Of a stretch of DNA of 64,000 nucleotides, positions 56,870 to 64,000 are shown piece after piece. A program made the translations under genes and the position numbers. The DNA lies in IMG/VR virus record IMGVR_UViG_3300042544_002482, positions 1-64,000 of that record. One strand, 5' to 3'. Numbering within the stretch: the first letter of the stretch is position 1; each line of letters starts with the position of its first letter. Source of the stretch: a virus. A model generated the notes under the pieces. It worked only from the letters and a program-made list of their open reading frames with translations, was not told the origin of the DNA and made no database searches.

Positions 56870-59332
56870 TTATTCTGTTATTTTTTCTAATTTTATTTTA
56901 AATTTCTCACCACTTCTATTATTCAACATATAGATATCATTCTCACCTTCTTGTAATGTCCAATCACCCCACGTTCCATCAACAACGTTTTGTTTTCCTT
57001 CGTTTGATAGGTGTAAGTCAGTTGTGTATACGTGGTTCCATCTTAAAGATGTTGAACCTAAATTGTAAGTTGCGTCTGCTGTTGGTAAGATTGTAGATTT
57101 GACTTGCATTGAAGAACTACTAACAATTACAATTCTCTCATTATTAACTTTTAATGATATTGGGGTATTGGTATCTGTACCAACGTACATTTCAGATTCT
57201 GTCCATGAACCTAACGCATCACTATTACTAGCTCTATTTAATCCAATTGAACCATATGTTGTTGAACTTCTTTGAAAATGGATTACCGGTAAGTATGTAT
57301 TTTGGTGAAACGAATCGATATATAAGAAACAGTGTTCACCTGTTGATCTAAAAATTGTATGTTGTCTCTGGCTTCCGTACACAAATAAACCATCACTTCC
57401 TGTTGCACCATAATTGACTGTTAATCGTTTGGATGGATTCGCATCGTTTACCCCGACACCATTTGGATTTAAAAATGCCGCAACACCATTCGCTTCTAAA
57501 TAAATTTTAGGATTGCCAGCAGAATATAAATAATGAAATCCATGTGAGCCTTCAGTTCCAATAATACTAACAGCATTTGGACCAAATTTAATACCATCAG
57601 ATGGTGTTATTAATAATTTTGTTGACCATGATGGTGATGACAATGTTCCTGTAGATGTGTAAATTTTTACTCCTCCACCAGAAACACCTTCAATTAAACC
57701 TGTTGCCTGATCTGACGTTCCTGCAAATGCTATTGCTGGTGACCCCGTTCCTTTTTTGAGTACTAGAGTATTTCCACCACCACTAAATGTACCTGTACCT
57801 GTAAATGTTGCATCACCAGATGTTGATAATATAAAATGTTTAGTTGCCGAACCTGCACCCATAGAAATTTCACCACTATGATTTAATGCGATGTACGTAT
57901 TTCCTGGTGTGTATGAACTATTACTTGTACCTAAGAATATATCAATACCGCCATCACCTAAAAATGTTCTTGCACCTGAGGCAAATGAATCACTAACACT
58001 ATCTATTTGAATTCTAAATAAACCGTTCGTATCTCCACTATCACCATTAATCATTAATGGTTGTGTTGATGTTGTTGCTTGAGTATATGTTCCATTGTTA
58101 GTTAATCCCGCAAATGTTGGTGAACTTGATGTTAGGACCGCTTGATTTAAAATAGATCCATATCCTGTTGTTGACGATAATGTTATTTGGGCAGAACCTG
58201 AAACAGTTCCTGATGGTAATTGTGCTGAACCTGACCAAATACCTGTTCCAGATAATACTTGTGAACTACCTGAAACCAATCCTGAAGGAACACCACTTAC
58301 GGAACCAAAAGATATTTGTGATGAGCCCGATACCAATCCAGATGGTAGTTGTCCACTACCACTAACAATACCACTTGGTATACTACTTAATCCACTATAT
58401 GTGATTTGTGACGATCCTGAGACCAATCCCGAACCTGGTATACTAATACTTCCACTAACGGTTAAACTCCCCGTAAATGAATGTGTATCACCTAATTCGT
58501 CACCGAACTTAGTACTACCACTTCTATATAAAATTGAACTACTAATATATGTTGTTCTTAACTCCTGAGTTTCAATAAAACCAGTCACTATTAGTGAGCC
58601 AGTCATTGTTACACTATTACCGAATTGAATTGCATTACCATCAGATGATAATATTTTATTACCAGCATATAATGTGGTTGTTCCTTTTAACGCAATTACT
58701 CCTGTTGTTGGGTCTAATATAACGTCTCCACCACCAGAAGTTGCAAGTGTGATATTACCGTCACCAGATTGTAATGTGATTGTATCCGAACCTGCCTCTA
58801 ATATCTTGAATGATTGTCCTGTATCGGTTGTAATTTGTAACTCTTGAGTTGTACTACTTAAAACTTTTGTTCCATCAATGTATAATGATGCCGATGAAAG
58901 ATATAAATCTCTAAATTGGTGTGTAACACTACCTAAATCGTAGGTATTATCAACTGAGGGTATAATTGATCCTGATATTGTTTGATTTCCAACAAATATG
59001 TTAGAACCTGTTGTGGCAAAACTACCTGTTTTACCCTCTATGGAATTTAATCTTGGTGATGTTGATGATGTAAATCCGTTTAAACTACTTGTTGTAGTTT
59101 CTATAGAATTTAATCTAGTTGTTACAGAAGATGTGTATGTATTTAAACTACCTGTTGTGGTTTCTAAAGAGTTTAATCTTGTAATTGTTGTTCCACTAAT
59201 TGCTGCACCTTCAAGAGATGCAATTCTATTGTCCTGTGACAAATTAGTTGCCGCAACCGAAGATGAGATTAATCTAATGTCTTCCCCACTACTTGTATGG
59301 GAACCCGTTACTAAGAGATTGTGAACTTTCAT
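56870..59332 (-). CDS. Ser/Thr-rich tail fibre protein
   Basis: Shares modules with 51992-55732 and 62799->64000; same C-terminal DLHLSNEG domain as 51992-55732. Confidence 0.8.
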   Translation of the reverse strand: MKVHNLLVTGSHTSSGEDIRLISSSVAATNLSQDNRIASLEGAAISGTTITRLNSLETTTGSLNTYTSSVTTRLNSIETTTSSLNGFTSSTSPRLNSIEGKTGSFATTGSNIFVGNQTISGSIIPSVDNTYDLGSVTHQFRDLYLSSASLYIDGTKVLSSTTQELQITTDTGQSFKILEAGSDTITLQSGDGNITLATSGGGDVILDPTTGVIALKGTTTLYAGNKILSSDGNAIQFGNSVTMTGSLIVTGFIETQELRTTYISSSILYRSGSTKFGDELGDTHSFTGSLTVSGSISIPGSGLVSGSSQITYSGLSSIPSGIVSGSGQLPSGLVSGSSQISFGSVSGVPSGLVSGSSQVLSGTGIWSGSAQLPSGTVSGSAQITLSSTTGYGSILNQAVLTSSSPTFAGLTNNGTYTQATTSTQPLMINGDSGDTNGLFRIQIDSVSDSFASGARTFLGDGGIDIFLGTSNSSYTPGNTYIALNHSGEISMGAGSATKHFILSTSGDATFTGTGTFSGGGNTLVLKKGTGSPAIAFAGTSDQATGLIEGVSGGGVKIYTSTGTLSSPSWSTKLLITPSDGIKFGPNAVSIIGTEGSHGFHYLYSAGNPKIYLEANGVAAFLNPNGVGVNDANPSKRLTVNYGATGSDGLFVYGSQRQHTIFRSTGEHCFLYIDSFHQNTYLPVIHFQRSSTTYGSIGLNRASNSDALGSWTESEMYVGTDTNTPISLKVNNERIVIVSSSSMQVKSTILPTADATYNLGSTSLRWNHVYTTDLHLSNEGKQNVVDGTWGDWTLQEGENDIYMLNNRSGEKFKIKLEKITE

Positions 59333-59338
59333 ATGTTA

Positions 59339-59346
59339 TATAAATA
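59339..59346 (-). promoter_or_regulatory. TATTTATA putative late-promoter motif
   Basis: 6 nt upstream of ATG 59332. Confidence 0.45.
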
Positions 59347-59360
59347 GTTCATTGATTGGA

Positions 59361-59567
59361 TTAGATCTCAACAATTCTGTAAACTCTTTCAGACGGATCT
59401 GCGGTTTCTAACTCAGTCTTTTTGGTTTCAGCTTCTTCTAGGGTGTCGAACTCATCCACAGTATCTTCTGCGTTTAATTTTGCTACCCATATTTGTCTTT
59501 TTGCCCAATCTGGATCACCATTATTGGTGTCTACTGGTACGAATTGTTTTTGTATTCTATATGCCAT
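59361..59567 (-). CDS. hypothetical protein
   Basis: 68-aa ORF with TATTTAT at 59572-59578 upstream. Confidence 0.65.
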   Translation of the reverse strand: MAYRIQKQFVPVDTNNGDPDWAKRQIWVAKLNAEDTVDEFDTLEEAETKKTELETADPSERVYRIVEI

Positions 59568-59581
59568 ATTAATAAATAGTT

Positions 59582-59950
59582 TTATTCTTCAGTATATTCT
59601 ACCCAAGATTGTCCATCTTCATTCCACGTATAAACTTTACCATCAGATGGTCTTTCTATTGGTGCTTCCCATAAACAAGTTTCTTCATTTAACACCCAAG
59701 AAGAGAATGGTTTTGATGGTAAAAATGCATCTCTAATTTCATCATACGTATCATCTAAACCAGCATATCTTTTTCTAAAATTTGAATTATATGATGTTTG
59801 TTTCCACGTTCCAGTTAACCCAATTGAACTTATAAAATTTTGTCCAACGATTTCACTTTCAGGAAATTCTAAATTTCCGCAATCCTCGTTTGTAATTACA
59901 ATAACTTGTTTAACTATATTGTTTTCATCTATTTGTGCAAAATGTGCCAT
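59582..59950 (-). CDS. small phage protein typically paired with Gly-rich fibre proteins
   Basis: MAHFAQ.D.NN.V..V.V, W.QTSYN..FR..YAG, PF.SW.L.E.T..WEAP. Confidence 0.75.
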   Translation of the reverse strand: MAHFAQIDENNIVKQVIVITNEDCGNLEFPESEIVGQNFISSIGLTGTWKQTSYNSNFRKRYAGLDDTYDEIRDAFLPSKPFSSWVLNEETCLWEAPIERPSDGKVYTWNEDGQSWVEYTEE

Positions 59951-59963
59951 ATTTTTTTAATAT

Positions 59964-62453
59964 TTAAATTCCGTATTTATTTTTATATGAGTTATAATTT
60001 TGTAAAACTTCAGTAGAAGTTAAAACTCGATTATATAATTTAAAAACACCCATATTACCTTTGAAAAAATCTAAATTCCAGTTCTGCCCTGAATTTGTGT
60101 TAAAACTTTTTCCAATATCAATAATATTAGATCCAATGTATATACCTGGTGATGACCATTGTGCATATGTTGCTACATCAAAATTTGCGGTGGCTGATAA
60201 TACACCATTTAAATATATTTCCATCAAACCTGTTATTGTGTTTTTATTGAAAATAACATGATGATATTGATTTAAAGTAATTGTTGACGTTGTCTGTGCA
60301 ACAACATAAACTTGTGATGCGGCGATAACCGACGCCCATATTTGATTGTTTTCACGAATATATAACCAACCAATAGTACCGTTGCTATAACCACCGTTAT
60401 GTCTATAACCACCCAAACTCATTCTTGTATTGTTTGTTGTTGGTTTAAAAATAACCTCAATTGCACTACTACTTAAATGACTATGACTTGTTGGTATATC
60501 TAAAATTTGATCATTAACTCCATCAAATAACATTGTACCACCATTTTCAGGACTATAAGCAATATCACCCGTTAATACCGCATGACTTCCGTATCCGCTT
60601 ATATCATTCCAACCAGCTCTTGTTGTGTCTGTTGGTGTAAATGTTCCGCTTGATGTAAATGTATGAACTGTATACCCATTAACTGTTGATATTGTTCCTC
60701 CAGTTGCTTTTGGAGCTCCGAAGTATCTTACACATACAATACCCGAACCACCATTTCCTGAACCTCCACCGGCACCTCCTGTTGTTCCTCCACCTATTCC
60801 ACCAGGCGAACTTGATCCACCACCTCCACCGCCAGAAAACCAACCACTCGCGTTAAAGTTTGTACCAAATTTATCACCATAATATAATCCATTACCACCT
60901 CTACCACTATTATTTCCATTTTGACTATCTTGTCCCATGTTACCGGCTCCTCCACCACCACCTCCAGGATAATTTGGTCCTGTATAATTTCTTGCTCTTC
61001 CTCCAGCATATCCTTGACCTGTTGTTCCTGAACCGGCGAAACCATCTGGTCCATCTGGACCATCACCACCTCCACCTGAACCACCACTTAATCTATTAGT
61101 ACCACTAACATTACCACCATCACCGGTATAACTAGCACCTCCGCCACCACCTGATGCTGTAACACCAAACGCTGAACTATCCGAACCTTTATTACCACTT
61201 GCATTTGTTACTGATGTACCACCAGCACCAACCACTATTGATGAAGCGCTTTGTGTTTGATTTATGTTTAAAGTTGTTGTACCAAATACTAATCCACCGG
61301 CACCTCCACCTCCACCAGAACCACCAGGTCCATGATTTCCACAACCACCAGCACCTCCGCCAGTATTTGCAGTTCCATCTGGTGATTTTGTACTACCTCC
61401 ACCACCAGCACCGCCACCAGCAACTATGAGATACTCAACAGTTAATGTTTGTGTAAATCTAGTTGGGTAACTTACATCATTTGACGCGTCTAAGTTTAAT
61501 ACAACACCATCTGTTACGTTTATATTTTCATTGATTGATGATTGATTTTTGGTATAACGTATAATAACAATACCCGATCCTCCAGCACCACTACTTCTAA
61601 TTGTTGATCCTCCATTGGCTTCAGTACCTCCACCTCCACCACCTCTATTTGCAGTTCCACTAGTTGCTGTTGCTCCGCCGTGTATGCCACCCTTTCCACC
61701 ACCACCTAATCCACCATTACCACTATCTCCTCCATATGATACTGAGTTTCCTCCACCACCACCGCCACCATAATATGTGGCAGTTCCTGATATAATACTT
61801 TGCATTCCATTTCCGCCAGAACCGGACCCACCACTTTGTGGCCCAATACCGGCAAGACCAATACCACTTGCACCTCCACCGCCTGAAACAAAATCACCAC
61901 TTCCACCATTACTACCTTGTCCTCTTGTTCCTAATGCCACTGTTGGTCTTTGGTTGCTACCTCCACCACCGGATCCTCCCGCATTACCTCGTCTTCTATC
62001 TGGTATAGTACCACCGTAAGGTGAACTTAAATCATCACCTCCACCTCCACCACCACCTATTGCAGTTAATCCTAATGCAGTTGTATTTGAACCATTATTA
62101 CCAGCAGGTCCTGTTGTACCTTGAGCGGTTCCACCACCTCCAATTGTAATATTGTATGATTGTTTGGCTAGTGTCATCATTCCGGTTAATACACCTCCCG
62201 CACCTCCTCCGGCGCCGGGTGTACCACTATTACCATAACAGTTTCCACCACTACCCCCACCAGCAACAATTAGATATTCAACCATTAAAGTTGGGTCAAT
62301 AACTGTGAATTGTCCACTACCTGTAAATGTATGTATTCTGTAATTACCTGATTCTGTTATTGTTCCACCAACAGCTCTAATACCTTGAGCCCTCAATAAA
62401 GATTCAGAATCGAATCCATTTAACCCTCTTTGTTGTGATGATTTTATTGCCAT
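59964..62453 (-). CDS. glycine-rich virion protein with LamG domain
   Basis: Two VEYLIVAGGG...GSGIV..RY Gly-rich units; LDA..SYP and FDGVND...F.G....KLYNRVL LamG motifs. Confidence 0.8.
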   Translation of the reverse strand: MAIKSSQQRGLNGFDSESLLRAQGIRAVGGTITESGNYRIHTFTGSGQFTVIDPTLMVEYLIVAGGGSGGNCYGNSGTPGAGGGAGGVLTGMMTLAKQSYNITIGGGGTAQGTTGPAGNNGSNTTALGLTAIGGGGGGGDDLSSPYGGTIPDRRRGNAGGSGGGGSNQRPTVALGTRGQGSNGGSGDFVSGGGGASGIGLAGIGPQSGGSGSGGNGMQSIISGTATYYGGGGGGGNSVSYGGDSGNGGLGGGGKGGIHGGATATSGTANRGGGGGGTEANGGSTIRSSGAGGSGIVIIRYTKNQSSINENINVTDGVVLNLDASNDVSYPTRFTQTLTVEYLIVAGGGAGGGGSTKSPDGTANTGGGAGGCGNHGPGGSGGGGGAGGLVFGTTTLNINQTQSASSIVVGAGGTSVTNASGNKGSDSSAFGVTASGGGGGASYTGDGGNVSGTNRLSGGSGGGGDGPDGPDGFAGSGTTGQGYAGGRARNYTGPNYPGGGGGGAGNMGQDSQNGNNSGRGGNGLYYGDKFGTNFNASGWFSGGGGGGSSSPGGIGGGTTGGAGGGSGNGGSGIVCVRYFGAPKATGGTISTVNGYTVHTFTSSGTFTPTDTTRAGWNDISGYGSHAVLTGDIAYSPENGGTMLFDGVNDQILDIPTSHSHLSSSAIEVIFKPTTNNTRMSLGGYRHNGGYSNGTIGWLYIRENNQIWASVIAASQVYVVAQTTSTITLNQYHHVIFNKNTITGLMEIYLNGVLSATANFDVATYAQWSSPGIYIGSNIIDIGKSFNTNSGQNWNLDFFKGNMGVFKLYNRVLTSTEVLQNYNSYKNKYGI

Positions 62454-62456
62454 ATA

Positions 62457-62786
62457 TTATGTTAATTCTGAACCAAATGCGTTAAAACTCATATTTGCAG
62501 AACTTGCATATATTGTTATTACATCTGTTGTTGCTAAAGTTATTCCTAATGTGAATGTTACGGTATCGTTTGCTGCAATTGCCGAATCGAACACAATATA
62601 GTGTTGATTTGCAAGTGATGCACCTGATGGCCGAACTGCAATTCTAAATGTTCCCGCAGAACTATCTCTATTACATACTGTTAATGTTGACACTATAGTT
62701 GAAGTACTTGAAGGTACTGTGTATAGTGTTGTTGCTGTTGTTGCTGAAGGTGCTGATTGACCTAATACTTTATAAGTTGCTGGCAT
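62457..62786 (-). CDS. small beta-rich virion protein
   Basis: YKVLGQ.AP....TTLYTVP...VCN...SFNAFGSE. Confidence 0.7.
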   Translation of the reverse strand: MPATYKVLGQSAPSATTATTLYTVPSSTSTIVSTLTVCNRDSSAGTFRIAVRPSGASLANQHYIVFDSAIAANDTVTFTLGITLATTDVITIYASSANMSFNAFGSELT

Positions 62787-62798
62787 ATTTTAAATTTT

Positions 62799-63998
62799 TT
62801 ATGATCCCATTAATAAAAATTGTTGAGCGAATAAATCATTTGGTAATGATAATCCGTTTATTGTTCCTGTTGTTGTTAAGTTACCATTAATTGTTGCGGA
62901 ACCAGATGTTAGTGTTAATGTTAAATTTGAATCTCCAACAAAAAATCTTAAACCGGATGTATTATCCGCACCATATATTGATCCTCTATTAACACCATCT
63001 TTTCTAAAAAATAAATAGGGTTCTCCAGATGTACTTCTATTAATTAGAACTCCACTTGAATTAACGTTAATGTCTCCGGTGGTTGTTAAACTACCGCTAA
63101 CAATTGCATTACCATTAACATCTAATGTTGCATTTGTTCCATTCTTATTAATGCCTACTTGACCACTACCGCTTGCAAATATGATAACATTACCATTAGC
63201 CGCAGTGGCATCATCTTCTCTGAAAATTCTTAACGCATTTCCACTCCAGTTATCTACATTATATCTATTAACTGGTCCTCTTAAAATTAATTGTCCACCT
63301 TCTGTTCCTAAATTATCAAAAGATGATTCTATTGACCCACTTACCCTAAAACTACCACTAACAATTTGATTACCTACAAATGTATTTGAACCCGTTGTTG
63401 CTAATCTTGCGATGTTTGTTGTTGACATGACATCAACTTGTGCACTTCCCGACACAACACCTGATGGTAATTGAGCACTACCGCTCCATACACCACTTCC
63501 ATTTAATATTTGTGATGATCCTGAAACTAAATTAGAACCTGGAACACTAATCGTTCCACTAACCAATAAACTTCCTGTGAATGAGTGAGCATCGCTTAAC
63601 TCATCTCCGAATTTTGTGCTACCACTTCTATAAAGTATAGACGATGAAATATAAGTTGTTCTTAACTCTTGTGTTTCGATAAATCCTGTAACAATTAAAC
63701 TACCTGTTATAGTTGCACTATTACCAATTTGAATTGCGTTTCCGTCTGATGATAATATCTTATTTCCAGCATATAATGTAGTTGTACCTTTAAGTGCAAT
63801 AACTCCTGTTGTTGGGTCTAATATGACATCTCCTCCACCACTTGATTTCAATTCAATATTTCCATCGGCAGATTGAAGTGTGATGTTATCACTTCCGGCC
63901 TCTAATATCTTAAATGACTGACCTGTATCAGTTGTAATTTGTAATTCTTGAGTAGTACTACCTAATACTTTTGTTCCATCAATGTATAACGATGCTGA
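62799..63998 (-). CDS. tail fibre protein (5' end beyond window)
   Basis: Frame stays open past 63851 to the window end (SASLYIDGTKVLGSTTQELQITT...), matching the module in 56870-59332. Confidence 0.8.
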   Translation of the reverse strand, partial: SASLYIDGTKVLGSTTQELQITTDTGQSFKILEAGSDNITLQSADGNIELKSSGGGDVILDPTTGVIALKGTTTLYAGNKILSSDGNAIQIGNSATITGSLIVTGFIETQELRTTYISSSILYRSGSTKFGDELSDAHSFTGSLLVSGTISVPGSNLVSGSSQILNGSGVWSGSAQLPSGVVSGSAQVDVMSTTNIARLATTGSNTFVGNQIVSGSFRVSGSIESSFDNLGTEGGQLILRGPVNRYNVDNWSGNALRIFREDDATAANGNVIIFASGSGQVGINKNGTNATLDVNGNAIVSGSLTTTGDINVNSSGVLINRSTSGEPYLFFRKDGVNRGSIYGADNTSGLRFFVGDSNLTLTLTSGSATINGNLTTTGTINGLSLPNDLFAQQFLLMGS

Positions 63999-64000
63999 TG

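Noticed and set aside
1-64000. Stop-codon reassignment (code 15 or 4) as seen in some large phages
   Set aside because: Standard-code ORFs tile the window with abutting ends; TAA, TAG and TGA all terminate genes at sensible positions

Overview
AT-rich, densely packed segment of what is most likely a large dsDNA tailed phage. Evidence: T4-like/freshwater-phage-type fibre genes, no housekeeping genes, and no Shine-Dalgarno sites. A Bacteroidota-like host is suggested but not proven. Layout: (i) 1-8725 (+), a glycan biosynthesis operon with GT4/GT2 enzymes, an NDP-sugar epimerase, glf and a methyltransferase, which also contains a stand-alone fragment resembling a T4-type major capsid protein. 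(ii) 8718-18930 (-), a tRNA plus outer-membrane-barrel and inner-membrane-transporter unit, and three paralogous propeller-like fibre-tip proteins followed by a radical SAM, a U32-family protein and a methyltransferase. (iii) An 1818-aa Ser/Thr-rich fibre with a cupredoxin-like insert. (iv) 24498-49864 (-), a ~25 kb modification island with eight tandem twitch-type radical SAM enzymes, LamG proteins, GT7-LamG fusions, two 2OG-Fe(II) oxygenases, cysC with a nucleotidyltransferase, two sulfotransferases and a GNAT. (v) 49900-64000 (-), C1q, fibre and Gly-rich/LamG virion proteins. The most striking candidate novel system is 26653-28131: a circularly permuted ATP-grasp-like domain fused to a Hint domain that retains only C-terminal cleavage residues and would release a 32-aa six-cysteine (C-C-CC-C-C) peptide, sitting in its own unit with sulfotransferases and a GNAT. 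Also notable is a tRNA with a Ser-type body but an Arg (CCG) anticodon. All family assignments are motif recognition by eye; no searches were run.
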